A stretch of DNA of 32,000 nt from Propionibacterium ruminifibrarum (GTDB taxonomy: Bacteria; Actinomycetota; Actinomycetes; Propionibacteriales; Propionibacteriaceae), in NCBI RefSeq assembly GCF_900289195.1, contig NZ_OMOH01000004.1, forward strand, positions 240,001-272,000, given 5' to 3'. Every line of letters begins with the position of its first letter. Within the stretch, counting starts at the first letter, position 1. The notes beneath the pieces were generated by a model. The model saw nothing but the letters and a program-made list of their open reading frames with translations, was not told the DNA's origin and searched no databases. The position numbers and the translations under genes were made by a program. Below, piece after piece: positions 17,220 to 24,769 of this stretch.

Positions 17220-17642
17220 TCAGCCAGATAGTGATATGGTACGGAATTGAATAGTGGGTTCATGGCCCGCGCCGCAAACGATGATGTCGTCACAAATGAC
17301 GCTCGCAAGAATCGACGCGAATCCGTGGCGAAGAATCTGCATGATCAGGACACGTGACGATGCCCCGATCAAACCGTTATCAAGATAACGTATCAAGGGA
17401 GTGAACATAAAATGACGCGACTGCAATCGAATTGCTTTTCTCGCTACAAAATTATCCATCGCAACCGAGTGAATAGTGTCACGTCCTATGAGACGACTGT
17501 TGTTGGCAGTGTTGACGATTACTGCCTGTAGGGCGAATGTATTAGAATATTGGGCAATGTCACCCTCGTCGATGGCTTGAGTTTGACGAGCATATAGTTG
17601 ACTGATTTTGAAAAACGTGTTCGCTTGTTCACTGCCGTCCAT
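17220..17642 (-). CDS. NTF2-like / SnoaL_4-like protein (copy B)
   Basis: ATG 17642 overlaps the upstream paralogue by 14 nt. The N-terminal FFKISQLYARQTQAIDEGDIAQYSNTF matches the SnoaL_4/NTF2 pattern (..l..rY....D.gD......F). The product is 140 aa. Confidence 0.6.
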   Translation of the reverse strand: MDGSEQANTFFKISQLYARQTQAIDEGDIAQYSNTFALQAVIVNTANNSRLIGRDTIHSVAMDNFVARKAIRLQSRHFMFTPLIRYLDNGLIGASSRVLIMQILRHGFASILASVICDDIIVCGAGHEPTIQFRTISLSG

Positions 17643-18042
17643 CGAACGAGATCCTCCGAGCTTGCACGGTCCAGCGACCTTTATAAACGAGTTCGTCTCG
17701 CACCACGGTCGACAATAACCTTTGCTGAGTTTCAGAACCATCGAGCATGACAACAAGAACGTATGACGTCACGCTTGCTCTCCCGTCACTGGAAGCATTG
17801 ATATGCACCCCAGACTGATAATGTCGATTCTTCAAGCCTTGTTGAGATCGCATTTCATGAGCTTTTGATGCTACGTTGAAGATTTTCTCCGCTGTCGTCA
17901 CATCCGTCGTTGGAGACACAAACTTCGCATCATCGGCGAAATCGCCAGCCCAGCCTTGGATATCACCTTCGTCAATCCGAGCAAAATGTTCGCCATAAAA
18001 CTGGAGGATAGAAAAGAACTGATTACTTAATGGGTCATTCAT
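17629..18042 (-). CDS. NTF2-like / SnoaL_4-like protein (copy A), possible polyketide cyclase or accessory subunit
   Basis: ATG 18042 (MNDPLSNQFFSILQFYGEHFARIDEGDIQGWAGDFADDAKF). The product is 137 aa with an NTF2-like pattern. It is a distant paralogue of the next gene. Confidence 0.65.
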   Translation of the reverse strand: MNDPLSNQFFSILQFYGEHFARIDEGDIQGWAGDFADDAKFVSPTTDVTTAEKIFNVASKAHEMRSQQGLKNRHYQSGVHINASSDGRASVTSYVLVVMLDGSETQQRLLSTVVRDELVYKGRWTVQARRISFDGRQ

Positions 18043-18070
18043 CGACAAATAAACCTTCCGTGCGGCGCAA

Positions 18071-19006
18071 CTAAACGGTGCCAAGCCCACGATGCAGGCT
18101 AGTACGGTTCTTCCACTTCTCCATAACAGCCAATTCGGCTAAAACATCAAAATCATCAGCGCCGCGAAGATCCGCAAAAGCGCGAGCGATATTTGCAATG
18201 TTCCGCTCATTGTCGATTTTCACGTTAGTGCTTTCTCGCTCAAATTCTTCAGCGGTTTCCCAGACATTCGCACCTGTGTTGATCCCTTGTTCGGCATAGA
18301 CAAGAATCAGCCGTAGATAATCAAGACAGTCTTGGAGCATCTCAGCCCCTCCGACAGGTCCGTGACCAGGCACAACAGTTTGGGCATCTAATCTTTGAAG
18401 TATTTCAAGAGCCTCGATAGATCCGGTGACAGAGCCCATAAGAGCAAAGGGTGTAACGTTATTCCATGCAATATCACCAGTGAAGAGAACCCTCTCTGTA
18501 GGCAACCAAACGACAAGATCACTGGCCGTATGGGCATCTTTGAACTCAAGAAATTGGACATCACCCCACGCTGTCGAAATACTGTACCCATTCGAAACCA
18601 GCTTAGTGGGAGGAGTGACCTGAACATTACCGAAGTTGATACCGGGTTGCCTGCGCACGAGGTCGTCCCCGGCAAGCACAATCAACTCCGCCGTTAACTC
18701 CGTCCCAAGAATATTGCCGTCCGAGAATATAAAGTTCCCAAAAGTATGGTCACCGTGAAAATGAGTATTAACGACGTCAATCTGGACAGCGGCGAGGGTT
18801 TCCAATGCACGCCGCAACATGAGGTTTCTTGCCTCGATTGCGACAGTATCAACGAGGAGTACTGCGCCGGCTTGGTCGAGTTGGATGATGCCAACATTGT
18901 TCTGACACCAAGAGCCAGGGAGCTGTTGGTAAGCAAAAGCGTGTTTACTCAGCCGCACTACGGGGCTATTACTTGGGAGTGCCAACATCAGTTTACAGCT
19001 CCTCAT
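18071..19006 (-). CDS. Metallo-beta-lactamase-fold enzyme, candidate ActIV-like second-ring cyclase/thioesterase
   Basis: HxHxDH motif (THFHGDHTFGN), plus later His/Asp ligand candidates (KDAHTASD, TGD, PGHGP). The start overlaps the ARO/CYC stop (ATGA 19003-19006). Its position directly after ARO/CYC mirrors actVII-actIV. Confidence 0.8.
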   Translation of the reverse strand: MRSCKLMLALPSNSPVVRLSKHAFAYQQLPGSWCQNNVGIIQLDQAGAVLLVDTVAIEARNLMLRRALETLAAVQIDVVNTHFHGDHTFGNFIFSDGNILGTELTAELIVLAGDDLVRRQPGINFGNVQVTPPTKLVSNGYSISTAWGDVQFLEFKDAHTASDLVVWLPTERVLFTGDIAWNNVTPFALMGSVTGSIEALEILQRLDAQTVVPGHGPVGGAEMLQDCLDYLRLILVYAEQGINTGANVWETAEEFERESTNVKIDNERNIANIARAFADLRGADDFDVLAELAVMEKWKNRTSLHRGLGTV

Positions 19007-19896
19007 GCTGTCAAGCGCTTAATCGCAGCCAACGTCGAGAGACTACTCTGGCTCAAGCTGGCGCTGAGCCGAGTAACTAGATCCGGTAGCGACACGTTTC
19101 CTGCACGCTCAAGCAGAGCAAGGTGCCGGACGGTTACACGAGTACCGCCCTCAGCCTCTTCGAACGTCCAAGTTCCTGCATGTCCATACACACCAGCTGG
19201 GGTCTGGATCTGCTTGAAAGCAACCCATTGATCAGGACGCGCTACCCGCACAGATTCGACCGAATGGGCTTGTTCAGCGTTACGGCCGAGCTCCATTGAG
19301 AACCGTTGCTGATTGATTCCTTGCGAATGCACTGTGACTGCACCCACGTGGTCCAAGAAGTCAGGCCACATGTTAACTTCCCAAAGAGGCATAAACACCT
19401 CGTGTACATCGGCATCGATCCAGACCTCATCTTGGCTACGGACGATATGTTCTGACAGAGAACTTCCATATGTCTCAGCAAGGGTCTTAATGTTCGCTAG
19501 TTCGACGGTGCTGTTATAATCAGTAATGGTCTGCGCTGCCCGGAGTGCATCTTCGTCAGCTGCAGCGAGAGTATGACTTAGCGTCAATTCAGTGGACTTC
19601 TCATCGATATCTCTGATTGTCCATACTCCTGTCATCTCGGTCAGGGGTGGTGCTGGTTCTAGCTGCTGGAAGGTGACATTCCGCCGGTCAGCGCTGAACT
19701 GACGCGAGGAGCGCCAAGAAACGGTCGTGTCAAGTTCACCCTTACGCGCCCAAAGTCTAAGTTCTTCGTGTGCTTCATCTCTGCGATTTCGCTCGCAAGC
19801 AACTGTAGGAGTAAAGAAGATTGGCCAGTTCTCTGCGTCACTGATAATGCGTTGAACGACGTCAGCAGGGGCATTGATGGTGCTTGAATGTTTCAT
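19003..19896 (-). CDS. Di-domain SRPBCC aromatase/cyclase (ARO/CYC)
   Basis: The 297-aa product has two START/Bet v1-like halves: N-terminal STINAPADVVQRIISDAENWPIFFTPTV and a second half with VWIDADVHEVFMPLWEVNMWPDFLDHV. This is the typical size and architecture for ARO/CYCs of KR-containing type II PKSs. Confidence 0.8.
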   Translation of the reverse strand: MKHSSTINAPADVVQRIISDAENWPIFFTPTVACERNRRDEAHEELRLWARKGELDTTVSWRSSRQFSADRRNVTFQQLEPAPPLTEMTGVWTIRDIDEKSTELTLSHTLAAADEDALRAAQTITDYNSTVELANIKTLAETYGSSLSEHIVRSQDEVWIDADVHEVFMPLWEVNMWPDFLDHVGAVTVHSQGINQQRFSMELGRNAEQAHSVESVRVARPDQWVAFKQIQTPAGVYGHAGTWTFEEAEGGTRVTVRHLALLERAGNVSLPDLVTRLSASLSQSSLSTLAAIKRLTA

Positions 19897-19917
19897 GGGG
19901 GTTCCTATTCAATGTCT

Positions 19918-20691
19918 CTAAAATCGACCTAAACCACCGCACACGTTCAGTGCTTGACCCGTGATAGCTGCTGCTTCTGGGCCAGCAAGGTAATTGACAA
20001 GCGAGGCAACCTCTGAGGGGGTGGAGTACCGACCGATGGGGATCTTGTTTTCGAACTCGCTGCGAACCTCTTCAATAGTGCGTCCAAAAATTTCAGCATG
20101 GCATCTGACAACTGTATCAGCCATAGGAGTCTCGACGTATCCAGGGCACACAGCGTTGACAGTAATGTTTCGCTTCGCATATTCAAGAGCAAGCGATCTA
20201 GTAATTCCGATCACTGCATGCTTCGAGGCATTGTAAGGTGCTGACAAGGGAATCCCTTGCTTCCCCGCAGTCGAGGCGATGTTGATGATGCGCCCATGCT
20301 CATTGTCCAGGATCCCTCCTTCGCGGAGAACAGCGCGACTCATGAAGAAAACAGAATCACAATTTGTTGTCATGATATGACGCCAAATATCCGTGGAGAG
20401 CTCATGGAAAGGCCCCCCACCTGAGGTTCCAGCATTGTTAACAAGGCAGTTAATCTTGCCACATCGAGCAACAATATCCTTGATGTACTGGTCGACATCT
20501 TTCTCGTTCGCCACATCACACACCGAACCAGTAACAGTCAACCCTTCATTTTGCCACCGTCTTTCATGCAGATTCACAGATTCTGCGCAACGCCCGCAGA
20601 ATTCAACATGCATGCCTGCTTGTGCAAGAGTCTCGACTATTGCTTCGCCAATGCCCGAAGTGCCACCACTTACCACTGCCACTTTCGTCAT
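19918..20691 (-). CDS. SDR-family polyketide ketoreductase (ActIII/FabG-like)
   Basis: VSGGTSGIGEAI (TGxxxGxG), NNAG and the S...YNASK catalytic motif. ATG 20691 lies 9 nt after aaggag and is preferred over GTG 20700. Confidence 0.9.
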   Translation of the reverse strand: MTKVAVVSGGTSGIGEAIVETLAQAGMHVEFCGRCAESVNLHERRWQNEGLTVTGSVCDVANEKDVDQYIKDIVARCGKINCLVNNAGTSGGGPFHELSTDIWRHIMTTNCDSVFFMSRAVLREGGILDNEHGRIINIASTAGKQGIPLSAPYNASKHAVIGITRSLALEYAKRNITVNAVCPGYVETPMADTVVRCHAEIFGRTIEEVRSEFENKIPIGRYSTPSEVASLVNYLAGPEAAAITGQALNVCGGLGRF

Positions 20692-20710
20692 ATACTTCAC
20701 CTCCTTGGAA

Positions 20711-20962
20711 CTAGCTAGTCAACTGGTCATTAGCGATAGAAATGAGTTCACGTGGTGTGATTAACGCGTAATTTCGCCCTTCGGGAAACTTGAAGTCATG
20801 ATTCTGTTCAAGCTTAGCTTTGATGGCAATGACGTTCAGCGAATCAAAATTCAATTTTTCAAAAGACATGTCCAGGATTGATTCATCGATCGTGAGCTCC
20901 TCATCTTCTCCGACAACGGTTTGAGTGATCTTGATCAGTTCATCGACAGTTATAGTCGTCAT
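20711..20962 (-). CDS. Acyl carrier protein
   Basis: The 83-aa product starts at ATG 20962, after the RBS aaaggaga. The phosphopantetheine attachment motif is LNFDSLNVI. Confidence 0.85.
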   Translation of the reverse strand: MTTITVDELIKITQTVVGEDEELTIDESILDMSFEKLNFDSLNVIAIKAKLEQNHDFKFPEGRNYALITPRELISIANDQLTS

Positions 20963-20991
20963 GAGATGTCTCCTTTTGATTGCAGCTACTG

Positions 20992-22188
20992 TCAACCATT
21001 GAGTCGCAAAAGTGCTGCGGAACGGTATCCTCCAGTGCCAGTCGAAAGCACTAAAGCGGTGTCTTTCTGAATTGGTCGGCCTTCGCCGTACACAAGGTTC
21101 AAATGTTCATCTGGATCCTGTCCACCGAGGCGAATAGCGAGTGGTGGGATCCATTGATTACGCAATGTTAGAGCCGCAAGAGCGACATCAACCGCTGAAG
21201 CGCCAGCAAATAGGCGGCCAAATCCGGTCTTGGGGGCCGTCGTCGGAGGCTGCTTGTCGCCGAAGATCTTAACTAAAGTCTCGCGCTCTCGAGTGTCCAC
21301 TCCGGGAACTCCCACTGCGTCGCTATAGACAACGCCAATATCAAAGGGCGTTACCCCCGATTCAGTGAACAGTCGTTCCACGACATCACGAAGAACATTT
21401 CCCGACTGCCCGCTCTGAAATCCTCGAGCGGCTCCGATCAACTCAATATCACGCTGTGCGGGCGGTGTCATACGTTCGCTCTGAAGCATCAACAATGCTC
21501 CCCCAGCCCCGGGCACGTAACCGATTGACTCTGCGCTGTAGGGAGCAAAACCCTCGGCAGCAGTTTCAGGTGCTAGTGTACTTGTGCCTGAATACATAGA
21601 TGCGATGCCAAACGGACTTCGAGTACCATCAATGGCACCAGTAATCATGAAGTCTGTTCCTGATAAAATCTCGTAGTTAGCGAGACTTAGGGCGTCAATT
21701 CCACTACAGGCCTCGGTCGCGACGGTCCCGCTCGGCCCCTTCAATTTATGGCGAACCGAGATCTGACCGGTATTGACTGAATAGAACCACGCAAATGATT
21801 GATAAGGGCTAACCGCTCCAGGCCCATTTTCACTGAGATTTGTCAGTTCCCTTTGAGCAAAAGATAAGCCACCGTAATTATTCCCCAGCTGGACACCGAT
21901 CTCGTCTCTGTGGTCCAAGACCTCACTATTATCACCGCTCAAAAGCTGATCTGACAGGGCGAGGGCGGCTTGCGTGATTGGATCCGTCTGTATCTTGATG
22001 CGTTCGGTCAGCCCGACGGCCATACGCTCTGTATCGAGATCGCCAAAGAGTATTTGCCTCCCCTCGCAGTCCTCAAGTGTTGAGAATGTTGTACGACCTT
22101 TGACGACTGCGTCCCATACTTCCTCAGTGGACGTTCCTTGGGATGTAGCGATGGCGATTTGTGTGATAAACGTTCTCCCGTTTCTCAT
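20992..22188 (-). CDS. Ketosynthase beta / chain-length factor (CLF)
   Basis: KS fold without catalytic residues. TEACSGIDA aligns to KS-alpha SAGCTSGLDA, placing Ala160 at the Cys/Gln position. The two KS His positions are absent (SDAVGVPG, GFGRLFAGAS). The start overlaps the KS-alpha stop (ATGA). Confidence 0.9.
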   Translation of the reverse strand: MRNGRTFITQIAIATSQGTSTEEVWDAVVKGRTTFSTLEDCEGRQILFGDLDTERMAVGLTERIKIQTDPITQAALALSDQLLSGDNSEVLDHRDEIGVQLGNNYGGLSFAQRELTNLSENGPGAVSPYQSFAWFYSVNTGQISVRHKLKGPSGTVATEACSGIDALSLANYEILSGTDFMITGAIDGTRSPFGIASMYSGTSTLAPETAAEGFAPYSAESIGYVPGAGGALLMLQSERMTPPAQRDIELIGAARGFQSGQSGNVLRDVVERLFTESGVTPFDIGVVYSDAVGVPGVDTRERETLVKIFGDKQPPTTAPKTGFGRLFAGASAVDVALAALTLRNQWIPPLAIRLGGQDPDEHLNLVYGEGRPIQKDTALVLSTGTGGYRSAALLRLNG

Positions 22189-23510
22189 ATTATCTCGTCT
22201 CTACGCTTAGGATTTTCAATCACTATCGCTGATTGAAATCCACCGAATCCACTTGCAGTTGACAGTGCACCGTTAATGACTGCCCGTCTTGCAGTATTAG
22301 GAACATAATCTAGATCACACCGTTCGTCGGGAATCTCATAATTAATCGTCGGAGGCACTAAGTTCTCTGCTATAGCTAATACACAAGCAATAATCTCAAT
22401 TGCACCAACAGCGCCGAGGGAGTGGCCAATGGAAGATTTAATTGAACTGATTGGAACATGCCGAGAGTGCTCGCCGAGAGCTTTTTTGAGTGCCTCAGTT
22501 TCGTGCACGTCGTTCTGCTGAGTGCTCGAACCATGAGCGTTGACGTAGTCAATCTGCTCCGGCTTGATTCCTGCCTTCAGTAGCGCTTTCGAGATAGCAT
22601 CAGCAAGTTCCGCACCTTCATTGTCTAGCCCAGTCATGTGGTAGCCGTTTGTAGTCCGCGCAAACCCGGTAATCTCGGCATATACGTGTGCACCGCGAGC
22701 GCGCGCATGTTCAAGATCCTCAAGCACTAGCGTCGCAGCACCTTCGGCAAGCACGAAACCATTTCGTTTAGCGTCAAATGGACGCGAAGCCTCCTCTGGT
22801 TTCTTGTTCGAAGGACTGGTAGCTTTGATCGCGTCAAAACTTGCGACTGTGATTGGCAACAAGGGAGCGTCCGTGCCGCCAGCAATGACGATGTGACTCT
22901 CTCCACGCTGGATCATCGCCGCGCCTTGACCGACCGCATCTAGCCCGGAGGTGCATCCAGCCGACACTATGGCGACTGGTCCGTTCACATGGTAACGGTC
23001 GGCAAGGCACGCTCCCAACGTGCTTGGCAGGAGCCCTTCAAAGAGCGCCTCGTTCTTGTCTCCAAGCGGACACCGCCAATACTTTCCCCCATCCGTGAAA
23101 TGATCATAAAGTTCAACCATACGCTGGGAAGCACCAACCGCTGACCCGTACGAGATTCCGATTCGGTCAGAAGTGCTGCATGTCTCATACCCGCTGTCAA
23201 AAGCGTCACCGAGCGCTTCATCAGTCGCTGCGACCGCCAAGCGTATACTGCGGTCAACCGCACTGAGGTCTTCGCCATCACCAAATTCCTGGATAACGAT
23301 ACCGTCATCTTCAATATTACACTCACCGGCAATTTGTGAGCGGAACGAACTAGGGTCAAATTGACTGATTCGACGCACTGCAGAACCTCCGGAAGTGATC
23401 AATGACCAGAACGCATCGCGCCCCGGTTCGCCAGGAGCGATGACACCGATCCCGGTGATGGCAACTCTTCTGACCTCAACCTGATCATTGTTTCCGAAAC
23501 CTTCCGACAT
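22185..23510 (-). CDS. Type II polyketide ketosynthase alpha
   Basis: Active-site IVSAGCTSGLDAV, with YVNAHGSST and KSSIGHSLGAVGA (Cys-His-His triad). ATG 23510 follows gagggga. The product is 441 aa. Confidence 0.95.
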   Translation of the reverse strand: MSEGFGNNDQVEVRRVAITGIGVIAPGEPGRDAFWSLITSGGSAVRRISQFDPSSFRSQIAGECNIEDDGIVIQEFGDGEDLSAVDRSIRLAVAATDEALGDAFDSGYETCSTSDRIGISYGSAVGASQRMVELYDHFTDGGKYWRCPLGDKNEALFEGLLPSTLGACLADRYHVNGPVAIVSAGCTSGLDAVGQGAAMIQRGESHIVIAGGTDAPLLPITVASFDAIKATSPSNKKPEEASRPFDAKRNGFVLAEGAATLVLEDLEHARARGAHVYAEITGFARTTNGYHMTGLDNEGAELADAISKALLKAGIKPEQIDYVNAHGSSTQQNDVHETEALKKALGEHSRHVPISSIKSSIGHSLGAVGAIEIIACVLAIAENLVPPTINYEIPDERCDLDYVPNTARRAVINGALSTASGFGGFQSAIVIENPKRRDEII

Positions 23511-23533
23511 TGTGTTTCCCCTCAAAATAATTC

Positions 23534-24235
23534 TTAATCCAGCTGAAGCTTAATTGGACACTGTACCGGAACGCTCGTTTGCGCCAGCCCTCGGGTAAAT
23601 GTATGTATTGCCCATTGCGCTCGTTCGACTGGCGTCGCTATCATTGCCATATGGGAAAGTCGACTTAGGTGTGGAAAATTCTCAGGATCCAATCCAGATA
23701 AAACGTTCTCAGCCTCGTAAAGATGCTCTTTGCCTAAGGTTGCCTCAAACGCAGAGATCTCGTTTGCTTCCGTGATGACGATAGAATTGAGTACGTCGAC
23801 TGCGAGCAGCGAGGTCATTTCATCATGACTTGAATCGAGGAGAATTTTAAGATATCTCTCTGAGATACGAAGCAACGCTTCAGCGCTTGGAACTCGCCCA
23901 ACCATTCCTGCGCTCAGCCCTGGGTACCTAACGAGCGATTCCACTGTCCGCATTGCCAAAGCTTCAAGTTGAGCATCCCAAGCCATATCACCCTCTGCGT
24001 TATGGATCTCAACTTCTGACAAAACAGTATTAATGAGTGTGTCCACAAGAGACTGTCTGTTCTTGAAATATACGTATAATGCAGCAGGACCAGTCTCAAG
24101 TTCTTGGGCAAGCGAGCGCATTGTCAGCGCATTAAAACCTCGCTCAGTGATCAGTTTCAACGCACTATCCACGATGAGCTGTCTCGTCAGGGGAGCTTTA
24201 CTGGCGCCTCCCCGTCGACCTTGCGGTTCATTCAT
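23534..24235 (-). CDS. TetR-family transcriptional regulator
   Basis: N-terminal HTH LIVDSALKLITERGFNALTMRSLAQELETGPAALYVYFKNRQSL. ATG 24235 follows the RBS gaggagcgaagg. It lies only 23 nt upstream of, and co-directional with, KS-alpha. Confidence 0.85.
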   Translation of the reverse strand: MNEPQGRRGGASKAPLTRQLIVDSALKLITERGFNALTMRSLAQELETGPAALYVYFKNRQSLVDTLINTVLSEVEIHNAEGDMAWDAQLEALAMRTVESLVRYPGLSAGMVGRVPSAEALLRISERYLKILLDSSHDEMTSLLAVDVLNSIVITEANEISAFEATLGKEHLYEAENVLSGLDPENFPHLSRLSHMAMIATPVERAQWAIHTFTRGLAQTSVPVQCPIKLQLD

Positions 24236-24251
24236 CCTTCGCTCCTCAGGT

Positions 24252-24283
24252 GTAACGAACACTGTTCGTTACGAACGATGTTC
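24252..24283 (-). promoter_or_regulatory. Tandem palindromic operator-like sites in the tetR/PKS operon leader
   Basis: GTAACGAACA-C-TGTTCGTTAC is a perfect 21-bp palindrome (24252-24272). ACGAACGATGTTC follows, giving two ACGAAC-N3-GTTC units (24257-24267 and 24273-24283) with centres 16 bp apart. The sites lie 17-48 nt upstream of the tetR ATG. A weak candidate minus-strand promoter sits just upstream (TAGTCA-17 nt-TAGGGT, about 24284-24312). Confidence 0.5.
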
Positions 24284-24399
24284 ACCCTAGCACCCCGGAC
24301 AGATGTTGACTAGAGCCTGATACTGGTAGCTGGACAGGATCGCTGAGTCCCCGACGCGGTCGTAGTACTTGTCGGCGTCGAATCTGGCTAGCCGCTACC

Positions 24400-24766
24400 A
24401 GCATCTACCCCCTTGACCTTGGCCCTGTACGTCGCGGTGGTAGCTCCGGCTCGAAGTCGGTGTACGTGATCGGAAACACGCCGCTGATATGGTCTCCGAA
24501 CTTGATCCAAGCCCTAGCTTGGTCCCAGCGCACGGAGCCAGGCAACCCTGCCACAGGTGTTGAGCCCTGGACACCGAAGCTGTCTCCCCGATCTGTCGAG
24601 CGGCTACGCGCAAAGGCCCCTAAGAGGGATGGTGGTGACGACCGACGTGCTACACATCCAGACTACGGCCGCCGAACAGGGTCTCGCACAGCACGACGGC
24701 TACGTGCTGACAACTAACCAACCAGCTTGGACTGTACAAGATTGTGAAACACCTGTCCTAGCCTGA
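24400..24766 (+). mobile_element. Degenerate DDE transposase remnant (IS4/ISAs1-like), frameshifted and truncated
   Basis: Frame pieces LRGMVVTTDVLHIQTTAAEQGLAQHDGYVLTTNQPAW (24626-24730) resemble the ..L.G.VVT.DALHTQ....yl....g.hYll.VK.NQP.L core of ISAs1-type transposases. Upstream pieces in other frames (PLDLGPVRRG.., NLIQALAWSQ) fit the preceding part. Multiple frame changes occur and there is no start. G+C is intermediate. Confidence 0.4.
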
Positions 24767-24769
24767 TAA

